Translations under genes and position numbers: made by a program | The notes under the pieces: model-generated | Told to the model about the DNA's origin: nothing | Seen by the model: only the letters and a program-made list of their open reading frames with translations | Databases searched by the model: none | Part shown: positions 47,605 to 61,009 of the stretch, piece after piece | How positions within the stretch are numbered: position 1 is the stretch's first letter | Layout: each line of letters starts with the position of its first letter | Assembly (NCBI RefSeq): GCF_038025025.1 | Contig: NW_027117338.1 | Coordinates: 3,286,001 to 3,350,000, forward strand | Origin: Phyllosticta citribraziliensis | Taxonomy: Eukaryota | DNA: 64,000 nt | Direction: 5' to 3'

Positions 47605-50600
47605 TTTTGATGGACACTGCCCCTACCGACTTTGGTCAAGTTCTTACAGTTCCTGGAACGCTCGGGCTAACAACTTCGCTACTGGGTGCCTCCTTCGCGT
47701 GCTCATGTGACGCGCAAGGGGGCTGATTTGAGCATCGACACACGGCCTTTACAACTTCCCCAAAAGCGCTGACACGAATGCGTCTCTAAGACACCCTAGG
47801 TCTAGATGTAGTAGTGAACGGATGCTCGCTAAGTGTGGCTGTACTATTGAATGAATGCCCCATAAGGGCGACTGAAGCAGCAGATGAATGCTCCCTAAGT
47901 GCACTCCGCATTTCTTTCGACATCCACTGTGGTAGCATGCCAGAGTTACGTGCGTGTAACGATCAGTCAAGACCTGCTTCAAACATGGACACTTTTGAGC
48001 AACTTCTTGGATTTTGAACAACTGTCGATAAGCCGAAAGGCTTGAAAAACGCATGGTTACAAGTGAAAATTTCAGCTGACAAGTCCTTCAAAGACAACAC
48101 CATCTCCCCATCGACCGTCATTCACAGCTTTTGTGATTTGTGGGCTGACATTTCGTCATGCCATCTCCGCTACCCCTGAGCAGCTTACCCCTGGATTCAT
48201 TCTCCGCATTATCAAGCTTACCCCCGCTTCCGCTCCCCGCAAGTCAGGAACACCCATCCCGCCAGCAACAAACTTTGTACCAACGTCAACATCCCCGGTG
48301 CGCTTGTAGCTTTGCTTCTGCGACGCTTTTTGGGATACTCGCCGCCACCAGCGAGTTACTTGCAAGCCACATGGCGACTTGGTAACTCCACGCGCCGCCG
48401 CACTGATTGTACGTCGTTACGTGTACATCAGTCATCGCGTACTAAGGATTTGCTGCTTGGAGATGCGCCGGTCTGCGGGATCACGGAGTGCGCTGATTTC
48501 AGGGTGTGAAGTCTATCACCGGACTTCAGCGACGTGGCGCTGGTCCAGAACTGGGTGAATGACTTCTTGAGCGCACTTGCGATGTCGTTTGTCTCTATCA
48601 AGGTCCTGATTGGCTCTCAATGCAACGAACTCTGGGAATACATCCAATCAGACGGCCACGAGATGACAATCAGCACTCGAAGCCAACGATTAATGCTCCC
48701 GATCCTCAATGCTCCAAGGAACTCGGTCTCTCATCTCCATCGCGCCCCTGAGAAGAAACACCAACCGTCCCTCTAAGAGGAGGAGGTCTGGAATCATACC
48801 ACTTCTCTGCGTGCGACGTTTCCCCCGACCCCTGATCCATGCGCCAGGGAAGGAATGCAGCTCAAGACGCGCCAGCCGCTAAGCAACCAACCCACCGCGC
48901 TCCCAAGCACACAGCAAGGCGCAGCTCTCAGTCTCACCCACCGCCACGCGACGACCAAGTGCTGCGCAGTCCGGACACCCGCGCGCCACTCTACTCCTCG
49001 CATTGGTAAGCCAGCAGCCACGTACTGCTTCAAACTGGTGCGAGAATTAAAATCAAGGTAGATTTGATAGTGCCGTCCCGAAACCTTGCCGCCGCCTCAA
49101 GCGAAGTTACTCTTTGCTGCTTCACGCCCCGCCGGCCGGCATATCCTACGGCACTTAGGTTTGTTCTTTGATGGCTCGTTTTAATTTGCCGCACTCTGAC
49201 TGCCGGGTGATCAGCACAGGTAAGCTTAAAGCGCGGCATCGGTGTCGCTGTGAGCGGACGCAGGCACCCAATGAAGTGATTGATCAGAGATGATGATGAT
49301 GGTGATGGCGGCGGCGATGGAGGACGGCCTTTACTGACGCCGCGCTTGAGCCTTGGGCGGAGAGAAGCTAACCGATTCTCTGTCAAGTGATGTCCGATTT
49401 CTCGACTGTTGGTCGAATGGTAGCATGTACTGCTCGCAGCGCAATGGGCTGAGCAAATCCGCTTCCTCATCCGCTGAGTGTTCGTCAGGAAACCGCGGCG
49501 AGACCGCTCCAAAGTATCGCTGTCCATTCCCTCTCCATCATGAAACCTCTTCGTCGACGGAACCCCCTTTTCAAACAGCGGTATGGGCAACTTCAATGCC
49601 CGCACCATGACACCACACTGCAGGGCGCCATGCTCTTTCTACAGCGGAGGCCAGGACTGGATTGCATTGGATTGGCGCGTCGCGGCGTCGCGGCGGGGAA
49701 ACGGATAAGCATAAACGCCAAAGCCAAAGGCAAGCCCTCTCTCCACCTGCTCAACCAACAACAGTTGGTTACATCTAAGCTTCCGCCGCAGCGGTCTCGC
49801 ATGTGACAGCATGCCATGCCTGGCGCTGGCGAAGGGAAGGTCCGAAGCCCTGAGTTTGTTTTGCCTTCGAGCAGAAGCGCAGACGCGCGCCTCTTTGGCC
49901 GGTTAAAATGGCCGTTTTGTCAGCATTACTATAGCTGCGGGTCTGGCGCGGAGGCAGGCACAGTAGGTGGGCTGGTAGGCGTGGTGATTCGTTACGCGAA
50001 GAGACGAGACCAGTGACGAAGGCAATGGTTGGGGTGTGTGGGTGGGCGTGGCGAGGGGCGTGGCGGAGTTGGGGATTTGGTGGAAGCTGTGCGGGACTGG
50101 AGACACGACAGGTTGGCAGACAGGCAGACAGGTCATGGGAGGTGAAATGGGGAGTGCGAGACTTCATGTTGGCGTGAGAACGGAAGAGAGGATGGATGGA
50201 TGGATGGATGGGAAGACTGCGCAAACGCTGGATTGGGTCGCTTCTACCTCATGCGGTTGATGCGGAATCGTGGCGGCGCTTAGATACCTCACGTACCCCT
50301 TGTCCCCTTTCCCCTTTCCTAATGACGAACCAAACCGGCAGTCTATCCGAGTCTGCTTATCTGCCATCTAAACTCACTCTATCTCTCATAGCTCACCAAA
50401 CAAGACAGCATAGAGGTGAGTGGGACTCGTCTGAACAGCGTACATTTCTACCCCTACTACCCCCTACCTTGTCCACACACATACAGAGAGAAGCCGCACC
50501 ACATACCCCCTCCCCGACAGGTAAACTCCCATCAACCGCACCTTACGCACCATATACGCCACCAACAGGCGTGCGTGGACCAAGAGAGACGACAGACAAA

Positions 50601-50850
50601 TATATGAGTGAGAAGTGAGATAAAGGAGAGAGAGGGAGGAGAGGAGAGAAGTGGTATCAACCAACGGCGCAAAAAAAAGCAGGACCACATTCAAAAGCCC
50701 CAAAAGCGCATCTCTTTACCGCTTTGCCTTTGCTTTGCTTCACGGCGCCTTGTCGTTACTGGCTGCAGCAGACAGGAAAAACACACAGACAAACGAACAA
50801 ACAAACAAATGCGCAGAGAGAAGAGTCTACCACCCACGCGCCCAATACAT

Positions 50851-50874
50851 CAGTCCAGTCCAGTCCAGTCCAGT
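50851..50874. repeat. (CAGTC)n microsatellite
   Basis: About five tandem copies, downstream of the UGO1 stop. Confidence 0.8.
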
Positions 50875-50966
50875 TCAATCCGGCTCGTAATAAATAAACA
50901 TGACGCTTGCTTGCCTCGTTCGCTTTACATCCATCGTGTTGCTTCCATCCATGCATGTCGATTCAA

Positions 50967-52677
50967 TCAAAACTCGCCGCCAGCACCTCCTCCCAGCATC
51001 GCCGCTCCCCAGACACCCACGAGCCCCCAGAATCCAACGCGCCACCCCCTCACCAGCCCTTGCACGCCTTGGCCCCTTTGCGCGCGCTGCTGCTGTTGCG
51101 CTGCGGCGGTTGGTCGCCCTGCGCCTGCGCGGCCCGCAAGTGGTGTCCGCGCAGGCACGGCGGTGCCACCCTCTTCGCGCGCAATCGACCACATGGTGCC
51201 GAGGATGCCGCGGTAGGGGCCGACGTCGACGATGGTAGGGAGAGGCTCCTCGTCCGGGTCGGCGTCTCTGCGTTTGGCGGGACTGCGGCTCTTGGCCGGG
51301 CTGCGGGAGCGGGGCAGCTCGTCGGGATGCCGGGGGAGACGCTGAGCGCGGGCGTGGGCGGAGAGGGTGGAGAGCTGGCCCCGGCGCAGGACCGTTTCGA
51401 GGGGCAGCTTGATGAAGAGCTCGGTGGCGGAGGAGAGGAAGGTGCACAGCGAGTAGGTGGCGGGCGTGAGGACGGGGTCAATTCGGGCGGAGGAGCGCAG
51501 GACCAGTGGTGTCGAGGCGGAGAGGAGGGTTGGTAGCGTCGAGTGGAGAAGTGTTATTGGGATGAGCGACGTAGGGACAGTCAGAGAGGGGAGATGCCGC
51601 AAGTTTGGCAGAATGGCGCGCGAAGCGTAATTTGAAGGTGTTGCGATGAGCCTTGGGTCTCGTAAGTAAAAAGTTCTGGTGGTGTTGCTGGTTCGACTCA
51701 CCGTGTGCGGACCATGTCGAGGGGTGCCAGCGCGAGCCCTGATATTCCTGCTGCAGCAACGGCGACAGCAAGACTGGTGAGGGGGTTTGGACTGTCCATA
51801 ATATCCAGTCCACCTCCCCCGACACCGTACCCACCCAAGAGGCCAGGATCTGGCACGTTCAAGAGAGCAGACAAGAGACTTCGCAACCAGCTCTCAATCG
51901 TCTTGAGGAGAAAATTGTAGACAAAGGTCGAATTGGTCCCCTTCCAGATGCCCCATGCTCCTTCTCTTGTCCATATTTGCGATATGACCTCTAATAGCGA
52001 GTCGGAGCGCTTGAGATCGATTTTGTATTGGTGCGGGGCTTGGAGGGGTCGAGCAGGGGGAGCGCGGCGCCGACGGGGAGAACGCGAGTCTGCGCGGGAC
52101 GAAGCAGACACAGTGGAACGCGGAGCAGTAGACGAAAAGTACGAAGGCGAGTCGTCAGCCGAGTCCGAATCGGACGAGTACTGGAGTTGTGAGTTAGTCG
52201 GCAGAGCCCAATGCGGAAAAAGGTCGCATGTAGACGCACCTCGCTATATTTTCCCAGGCGGAGCTCCTCGGCGCGTCTCCTGTGATCTTGAGGGTGCAGA
52301 TGGGATTTTTGGTCCTCGGAACCGCCTGCAAGGTGTATTTGCAGCACCGTTTTCGCGACCTCAAAGGGCTGCGCAAAGAGCACCGACGTGTAGTTCCAAA
52401 CGGCCTGGTCGAGCAACTTCTTTGTCATTTCGGCCAGAGTCGGACTGCCGTCGCCCAAGCTCAGGTCGACGCCATAATCCAGGTCGCTGAGAATGTCTCG
52501 AGCCTGCGAGCCAAAGCTGGGCTTTGCGGGTGAGGCGGACGGACTGGATTTGGGCGCAGAGGACGTGGCGTAGCCATGGGCGGTGACATTGTTCGGGGAG
52601 GGATCTGGAGGGAGGCCGATGGAGGGCGGGACGTAGTAGGGGCGGAGAGGATTGGGCTGGTCGCGCGAGGTCGCCAT
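50967..52677 (-). CDS. UGO1: Mitochondrial fusion protein Ugo1 (carrier-like outer-membrane protein)
   Basis: MATSRDQPNPLRPYYVPPSIG, AQPFEVAKTVLQ, EGAWGIWKGTNSTF, LAPLDMVRTR, KLPLETVLRRGQ and GLVRGWRVGFWGLVGVW...GEF*. Two introns. An alternative in-frame ATG lies at 52728. Confidence 0.9.
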
Positions 52678-52942
52678 GAGGGTGTAGATGTTGTCGGTTG
52701 GGGGCGAGTGGTGGTTGGCAGTCGTCATGTTGTGAAGCAGAGACAGAGCAGGGCAGGGCAGGGCTGGGCCAGGTTCAAGGTTGACGCAGCGAATGGCGGA
52801 GCTCCAAAGTCGATTATTTCGCGGCGGTGATCGGCAGCCAATTCCTCTGCCTGCCTCCAGTCTCCACTCAACCATCTCACGGCCTCTCTGTCTCTCACTC
52901 CCTCACTGCAATCTTCCTCTCGAGCTTCTCGCGCCCTCCATC

Positions 52943-53667
52943 ATGTCTCCCGTCCACTGCGCCGTCCGCTCCCTGTGCGCTTCCCTGCCGCGAGTCCGTC
53001 CGTCGCCTGCGCGCTTGCAAACGTCATACCAAAGACTCATCCACCGCGCCGCCGCACCCTCCGTCTCTTCTGCGCCCATCCGTCTCGCATGCCAGAGCAC
53101 ATGGAGACGCAAGAGCTGGGACTCTGCCGTGCGGTCACGGCGAAGCTTTTCCACGACGCCGGCGGCGCAGCACGGCCATCTTCACACGCCAAAGCCGGGC
53201 GAAGAGTAAGACCCCGCCTATCGACAATCCCTGCCTTGACGCGAGGCTAATGGAACCATTCCTGCACAGGCGCAAGGTCACTTTCATAGACAAGGACGGC
53301 GATGAGCACACTTTTGAGGTAGCAGATGGAGACAATCTGCTCGACATTGCGCAGGACAATGACCTCGAGATGGAGGGCAAGTCTCCCAGGTTGACTCCAA
53401 GACTATTCGCTGACTTGAACAGGCGCATGCGGTGGCTCTTGCGCCTGCAGTACATGCCATGTCATTGTCGACGATGCAGACATGTACGACCAGATCCCCG
53501 AGCCCGACGATGACGAAAACGACATGCTGGACCTGGCATTTGGGCTGACCGAGACGAGTCGGCTCGGGTGCCAGGTCAAGATGAGCAAGGAATTGGACGG
53601 AATCGTCGTGCGCTTGCCCAGCATGACGCGAAACCTGCAGGCCAGCGACTTTGCGGACAAGAGTTGA
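52943..53667 (+). CDS. YAH1: Mitochondrial 2Fe-2S ferredoxin (adrenodoxin-type)
   Basis: Arg/Ser-rich presequence. Exons 52943..53205, 53270..53376 and 53423..53667. MEGACGGSCACSTCHVIV and ENDMLDLAFGLTETSRLGCQ. Confidence 0.96.
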
Positions 53668-54108
53668 GAATAATAATGTGTAAACGAGGGGACGACTGAC
53701 TGGTTTATGTCTCGAGGGCCTGGACAGAGGAAAGGAAAAGCTTGGTACCTAATTGCGCCGGCGTTTGGTTGATTCCTTGCACGTCACAGATGATTGTACT
53801 ATATCAGCATTTAGGCGTCTGGCAAGCTACGCTCAATGTACAAACAAATACATAATCTGCCCACCATGTCCAGTATGGGACCAGGGAATGCGGAGTCGGA
53901 GGGAGCCTCAGCCAATGGCCGAAGGCGGTGAGGGCGTTACTGCGGGTCGCGGCCAACGGCCGACAGCCCTCCGTACATTTGGCCTTGAGAGCTGGCCCTC
54001 CACCAGACACCTCCAAGCTCCAACAACACCGCGACATGCCCCGCTGCTGAAACCACTTGGTCTCTCACCTCTACCGCCGCCGCCCTTTCGAATTCTCCCG
54101 CTGCCATC

Positions 54109-55696
54109 ATGGCGTCGGCCGTCTTTTTCCTGGATCTCAAGGGCAAGGTCAGCCACCACTTGACCGTCATCTCAGGAGTTGCAGCGCTCACGTCTCGCGC
54201 AGACCCTTCTTGCCCGCAACTACAGAGGAGACATTCCCATGTCCGCCGTCGAGAAATTTCCAGTCCTGCTTAGCGAGGCCGAAGAAGAGAGCTCCGCAGT
54301 CCCTCCATGCTTCTCATCCGAAGGCATCAACGTCAGTGCTGGCCAAACCCCACAAAGAAGTCGGTCTCTGACGGCCGTTCCAGTACCTCTACATCAGACA
54401 TAGCAACCTCTACCTCCTCGCCCTGACCAAGCGCAACTCCAATGCCGCCGAGATCCTGCTCTTCCTCCACAAGATTGTCGAAGTCTTTACCGAGTATTTC
54501 AAAGAGCTGGAGGAGGAGAGTATACGAGACAACTTTGTCGTCATTTACGAGCTGCTTGATGAAATGATGGACTTTGGATACCCCCAGACAACCGAGAGCA
54601 AGATATTACAAGAGTGCGTCGTTTGCAAATCGTCGCAGGCCGGCGCTGACACATTCCAGATACATTACCCAGGAATCGCACAAGCTCGAAGTCCAGGCGC
54701 GTCCTCCCATTGCCGTCACCAATGCAGTATCCTGGCGTAGCGAGGGAATCCGCTACCGGAAAAACGAAGTCTTCCTCGATGTCGTCGAATCGCTCAACCT
54801 GCTCGTGTCTTCCAACGGCAACGTCTTGCGTTCGGAAATCCTTGGTGCCATCAAGATGAAGTGCTATCTCTCGGGCATGCCCGAGTTGCGACTTGGCTTG
54901 AACGACAAGGTCATGTTCGAAACGACCGGAAGGGCTACAAGAGGCAAGGCAGTCGAGATGGAGGATGTCAAATTCCACCAGTGCGTCAGACTGAGCAGAT
55001 TCGAAAACGATCGCACCATTAGCTTCATCCCGCCGGACGGAGAATTCGAGCTGATGAGCTACCGTCTCAACACCCAAGTCAAGCCGCTGATCTGGGTCGA
55101 GTGCGTGGTGGAGAGCCACTCGGGCAGTAGGATAGAATACATGCTCAAGGTTTGTGCTGCAATCTGATATCATGGCCGACGACTAACAGCAGCAGGCCAA
55201 AGCACAATTCAAGCGCCGCAGCACAGCCAACAATGTGCAAATCATCATCCCAGTGCCAGACGACGCCGATTCCCCGCGGTTCCGCACCAACATTGGCACG
55301 GTCCACTACGCGCCCGAGTCCTCGTCGATTGTGTGGAAGATTAAGCAGTTTGGCGGCGGCAAAGAATTCCTCATGCGCGCGGAGCTAGGCTTGCCGTCGG
55401 TTCGCGGCGACGACGAAAAGGGCGGCGGCATGATGGGTGGATTTGGCGGCAGTATGGGCGGCGTTGGCGCCGGAAAGAGCAAGAGGCCCATCAACGTCAA
55501 GTTTGAGATTCCGTACTTTACCACGAGTGGCATACAGGTGCGGTATCTGAAGATTATCGAGCCCAAGGTACGTCTTTTTCCCCTCAATATCAAGTCGAGG
55601 CTGACCAGAAGCTAGCTCCAATACCCGTCGCTCCCTTGGGTCCGCTACATCACGCAGTCGGGCGACATTGCGGTGAGGCTGCCAGACGTGCAGTAG
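54109..55696 (+). CDS. APM1: AP-1 adaptor complex mu-1 subunit
   Basis: MASAVFFLDLKGK|TLLARNYRGD, VSWRSEGIRYRKNEVFLDVVE, LSGMPELRLGLNDK, ISFIPPDGEFELMSY, FEIPYFTTSGIQVRYLKI and LPWVRYITQSG. Five introns. Confidence 0.97.
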
Positions 55697-56345
55697 TATT
55701 AAGCGCGCAGGCAACGGGGCTCTTGGCGTTCAAGGCACACTATCCCTCCACGCGACTCGGCTCATATGCTGTCGTGTATGGAACCGTGTGTTTTGGGGGG
55801 TTTCTTTTCTTCAAAATCAACGACTGCGCTCAGGCATGCTTGCATTGCTGCGGAGCTAGAGAGAGTCTGAGCTTTGTGGAGCGACGGGAGGGTAGCTGGG
55901 CCGCGTTGGTTGCCAGCTGTATTTGTATGGCGTTGATACGATTATACCACGAATTATCCATCCACATACATTTTGAGAAGGAGTGACGAGCGACCAAGTA
56001 TGTAAGAGAGCAAGCGGGCGCTTTTGTTTACATTGGGATGCGACGAAGATCAAGAGGAGCTTTGCGCAATGTATGTGTCTATATTTACATGTACCGTTTT
56101 TTCAAACAACACGAGACGATGCCCCCATGTCTTGGTATCTCTTGCCCCAGAACCGAACGCCGTTCCATGCCCTACCATTCCGCGCCACGCCTTGCTCCAT
56201 AGACATGCAGTACATGCATCCATCAACCCAGCCCAGAGCGGAGAGCGGAGCGCGAGAGAGAACCCAAGGAATCCCGCCATCTACCGTACTTCGCCAGCGC
56301 CCAAAACACGCGCGCAAACAAACACTCAAGCCTAGCCGCCAAAAT

Positions 56346-57129
56346 CTACATGACAGGCTTCTTCACCTCGTCCTCGGGCATCTTCATATACGCATCAATA
56401 GCCGCCGAAAACGCCGCAAAGCCCGCACACCCGACCAGCGTGGCCTGCGGGCCGGCCTTCATGGCCAACGCGCCGCCCGTGATGCAGCCAGCGGCCACGC
56501 CGTTGTAGAGGTCGTTCTTGGCGCGCAGCCCCTCGATCGCGCACTCAGTGCCGGCGAAGACGGCGCCGATGATGCCGAAGTTTTTTCCGCTGGAGAGGGA
56601 TGCCCGGCCCATTTCGCGGAAGCCTGAGCGGAGCTGTTGCGCGAGGGGGAGCTTGGTAATCTCGGTGCCCGAGGCGGAGAGCGGCGTGTCGTAGCGCATC
56701 TAGGGGGTGTTAGGGGGGTTGTGCTGGGTGGGGGATGGGGATGGGTGGGGAGGAGACGTACCGACGACATGAAGAGCCCGAATAGCGCGCCCATGCCGGC
56801 GCCCGCGACGCCGGACATGATGGTCTTGACCCAGCAGGACTCCATGCCGGCTTGCATCTGGTGTAGCGATACCATTAGCTCATCTCATCTCATCCCGCTC
56901 ACGCAATTCAATCAATTCGACCCTCGAAAACCCCATTTGACGCATTCCATGCTCTTTCTTGCTTAAGTTGTACGCGCTGCTTTGCTGCGTTGGGGCGTTG
57001 TTGAAGGACGTAACGTACCGCTTTCATGGCCGCGACTTCTTGCTCACTCATGCCTTGGGTGTCTTGACCACCGCCGCCAAAGCCCATGCCGGGCCGACCG
57101 CCTGGCAGCGCGCTGCCCAGACCGCTCAT
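56346..57129 (-). CDS. TIM22: Mitochondrial inner-membrane translocase subunit Tim22
   Basis: [27 protein letters not shown]...GLFMSS|MRYDTP...[25 protein letters not shown]...[15 protein letters not shown]. Two introns. Confidence 0.95.
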
Positions 57130-57583
57130 TGTGGTGATTCGAGGAGAATGAAGGTGTTCGGAGGAGGTGGGGACGAGGAAAAGGGCTGAGGAGCGCGGAG
57201 GAGTCGTGGGCGAGAGTTGGTGATGCGGCGGCGGTTGTCCGCTGCGGTGGTCGGCGATGAAGTTTTGGTGCACGGGCCGTTGGAACGGGCGGGGCGGGAT
57301 GGACGGGACCAGGGGCGGAGGGAGGGTGGAGCGGAGCGGAGCTGGGAGCGTTGCGGCGGGCGGACCGACGAATGACGTGCGTGCGGCATTCATCCCTCCA
57401 ACTCAACAAACGACTCTCTGTTACTACGCCTCTCTGTCTATCCAAATGTTTCTTTGTGCTCCTATTCTTCTTCCTATCGCTATCCTCCTTCACTATTCAC
57501 TCTAGCTCCACCAACCCCTCGCAAGCAGCCCGCCGTCTCCCTCCACGCCCACCTGAGACCGCGCTCAGGCAACCAAGGACGCC

Positions 57584-57823
57584 ATGATTGCGACGACGCT
57601 GCCTCCGCCGGCCCTCCCCTGGGCCACCATCATGAGCATCGCCCTCACCATTGTGCGCGCCGTCTTCTTCGACATGCTGGTCATGCCGCTGGTTAACCTG
57701 TCGCGCCTGTTTTGGCTCTGCTACGGCCTCGACGACGAGGTCGTCGTGACCGTCTTCGGCGCCCCGGATCCCTTGCTGCGCCTCGTCATGCCGGGACATG
57801 ATCCGTGTATCGCCGGCTGTTGA
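57584..57823 (+). CDS. Possible small hydrophobic protein or first exon of a poorly conserved gene
   Basis: 79-aa ATG ORF in a GCCATG context with C-ending codon bias and a hydrophobic stretch, divergent from TIM22. No recognisable motif. Confidence 0.35.
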   Translation: MIATTLPPPALPWATIMSIALTIVRAVFFDMLVMPLVNLSRLFWLCYGLDDEVVVTVFGAPDPLLRLVMPGHDPCIAGC

Positions 57824-59094
57824 ATGCTTTCGCTGAGAGAAGCCTCTCTTGTGTGAGGCGCCTTGATTTTGCAACGTCCCTGGACTGGAATCCGACGAAC
57901 GCGGCCAGATGGCCCACCCAGCTTGCCAATCCAGCTAAAACTGCCTCCCGCGGACCCGGCGCAGAGCCCCGGTTTTGATATGCAAGAACAGCGGATGAGT
58001 TTGCGACCGGTGAGTCGATTACATTACACGGTCGTCTTTCATCTATCCAGTCAACGCTCCGCACTTCAGCTGGCTGACTTCCTTTGAAAGACTGCGAACC
58101 ATGTTGCCCACCGCCTGTGGTAGCACCTTGATCATCCTGGGATGAGGATTCAGGCGCGAGGACATGCCTTTGCGGCGGCATCACTAGCTTAACCAGGCAA
58201 CGCGGTATGCATCCCTGCGCCAACCAAGTGAGGCAGCGCCATACTTGCTGAATTATCCGAAAAGCTGCGCATGTTGGAGTCCGCTGTTGAGACTGAAGCT
58301 AAAATGGAGACCGATTCCGAACAAGCTCACCTTCTCCTTGGTGCTGTTGAAAGGCACGGCACGCTACTTCCACAGGCCTGCGCAACGCATTCATTCTCGG
58401 TCTCTTGGCGCAATGGCTACGAAGAAAAGTACGCCAAAAGCAATTTCAGCGCTGGAAAGCTGATGAATGCATGCCATTCCTGAGAGCGAATTTTGGGCCT
58501 TACCTGGTATGTCTACTTGTTGGCTGTCCCAAACAGGTCGTCAGTTCTCACAATATACCTAGAGCCCCGTGCGGACTGTGAAGATGGAACCTCAAATTCT
58601 TCTTTTGGCATTTCTTTGTCCCAACTCTCTACTATCGTCTTCTCATCTCAAAGAATGCAGCTGGACAGCAAGTGTACGTTATTGCAACCAGCTTTCCAGT
58701 ACGGACAGGCGGAACTTGGATGCATCTTCGGGCCCATTTGACGTCGTTAGGTGGGGCGCTTCTCAGGCCAATCAGGCAAAAGACGTGTAGGGCTGATCCC
58801 CGCCAAGAGCACCGCCAGCTTCAGACGTTTGAAGTTGGCATGTCGACCAATCAAATGGATAGATCCTTTCATCGCATGTCTATCTTGATGGACCGTTACG
58901 AACATTTCTGCGGAGAGGCGCCCAGAGCTTCTTATAAAACCGCCCTGTTGCTTCCACATCTAGCTGGTCACATCGAAGAACTGAGGAAGTTTGAATCTCG
59001 AGGTCGAATTCTTTTTCGCTCCATCAGCATTCCGGCGAATCTGTGGCACTCGACATCGGACTTTTAGATTCTTCAAAAAGATTTCTACGCTCCA

Positions 59095-61009
59095 TCACAC
59101 ATCCCGATACGCTACCGCTTTAGGCATTACATCCTCTTGATAGACACCCACTTCGCTCGTTCCGGCAATGTCTTCTCCAAAGATCTCCTTGTCGTAGTTA
59201 TAGGGAAATATCCAATGGAGGACGTACGCGTTGAAACATGCTGGGCGGCGTCAGAATATTGTTCATTGAGTCCTCTGCTTGGCTTCACTTACCCAGAAAA
59301 AATCCGACAATGAAGCTGAGATTTGATAGGTGCTGGGCGTGAATGCTGACTTTGATTGAAGGATTCACCGAATTCAAAAAGCCAGGCAAGCTACGGGGAG
59401 CATTCTTGATCAGCAACGGCAATCTTCAAGAACCAGAAAGGCTCACCTTGGAATGACTGCGCACAGCCAAGCTACAGCGGTTCGCCAATTGATGCCGTAA
59501 TGATACCAGTACAGAGAGCTCTTGTTTCCCGTATAGAGGTCCGCGACATGGAACTGCCTGTCTTGGATAATGTAAAAATGGATGCAGAGCAGTCCAATGA
59601 AAGGCCCGAGAAACACGGCGTACGCGGAGAGAACAGACAGAAATCTACCTCAGGTCAGAACCACACACCTTCGAGGATTCCATCAACTTACGTGGAGCCG
59701 GAGGCCAGCTGTTGCCACGGATTCGGCGCCACACTGAGGATGGCGAGAACGTACGCTCCTCGGCGGAGGTTGATGTACTTTGGGAGAATACTGGCCACGT
59801 CAAGACCACCAGCCAGGACGTTACCCGGGACGTTGATGGACAGCTGGGAGATGATGAAGACGGTGGCCAAGAAAAAGGTTGCTGCTCTGGCTCGCGAGCC
59901 GCCCTGGTCCTGCATCGATTTGAACAGCGCACTTGGATCCCAGAGAGGCTCCCCTTTGCCGTATTCTACGCAAAAGGGTCAGCGCAGCCATGCTTGGAGG
60001 AGAAATCGCTTACGTTCTTGTGTTGCGGCCGTCACTAGCACGCCGACAATGTGGATGATGGCGCTGCTGACGTTGAAGCCAATTCCTTGCGACCACGTCA
60101 CCTGGCTCTTTCTTTTCGCGAACCGCGTGTAGTCGTTCTGGTTCAAGATTCCCGCCGCAATGCTTCCAATAACCGACATAATTCCTGAACACATGGCCCA
60201 GGCCAGCTTTGATCCACTAATAGTCGCAGGAGCATGAAGGACGGATCCGTACCCCTTACTCGTCGCACACGCCCAGCCCAGCAGACTCAACATCGTCACG
60301 AGCACCAAGACCGAGCCGACGTGGAAGTACGGGCGCAGCTGCTGCGGCTTGAACCAGATCAGCCCGCCGCACAGCAGGTTGAACAGCACGTAGCCCATGA
60401 ATTGGGCGGTGGTAATGCCAGTCTTTTCAGGCAGCGTGTTGGGGATGCGGTCGTCGAGGTCGATCCAGATGGAGCGCAGGCAGATGTAGATCATTTTGCC
60501 GCCGATGACGGCCTGCACGCCGTACCAGACGACGGAGAGGAGGATGCGATTGAGGATGGGAAAGTATGCTCCCCACATGCCTGGACCAGCCTCAGCACTC
60601 GCGCTCCCACCTTAGGAGCATACGTACCCCAGACACTGCGCGACACTATGGGGTATCCCAAGTGGCTTGTTGCGCCAGAAATGGAGTTCAGCACGGCGAA
60701 GCAACTTGCGAAAAAGTCTCCAACGAGAATGACGATGACGGCTTGCCACCACGTCATGCCGACTGCCAGGAGCGAAGACCCGGTCTGGTAACTGCTGATG
60801 TTCATGTTGACGAGGAACCACAGTTCGACGTATTGGAAGACCCCTGAGATTCGGTGAGTACGTGAAGCATTCCAGCTCTCATTGGGAGCGTTCGTACCCC
60901 ATGTCTGCTTCTCCGGCGGCACTGGCTCCAAATCCTCGTTTGTCCACCGGTTACCCTGCTGGCTGTCTGGCAACTCGAGCCATTTCAGTATTCTTCCGAC
61001 GCTCGCCAT
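59095..61009 (-). CDS. NCS1 family nucleobase/allantoin/hydantoin permease (Fur4/Dal4-like), multi-exon
   Basis: RWTNEDLEPVPPEKQTW, GYPIVSRSVWG, WYGVQAVIGG, NQNDYTRFA, PKYINLRRG and NPW. The last exon ends ...AYRDV* at 59095. Confidence 0.92.

Noticed and set aside
55185..55196. CAGCAGCAG tandem acceptor in APM1 as alternative splicing
   Set aside because: The branch site CTAAC abuts the first CAGs, and the conserved YMLK|AKAQF sequence fits only the last one.
58200..59070. Possible multi-exon gene or pseudogene on + with some splice-like signals
   Set aside because: I could not assemble a continuous reading frame or recognise any domain.
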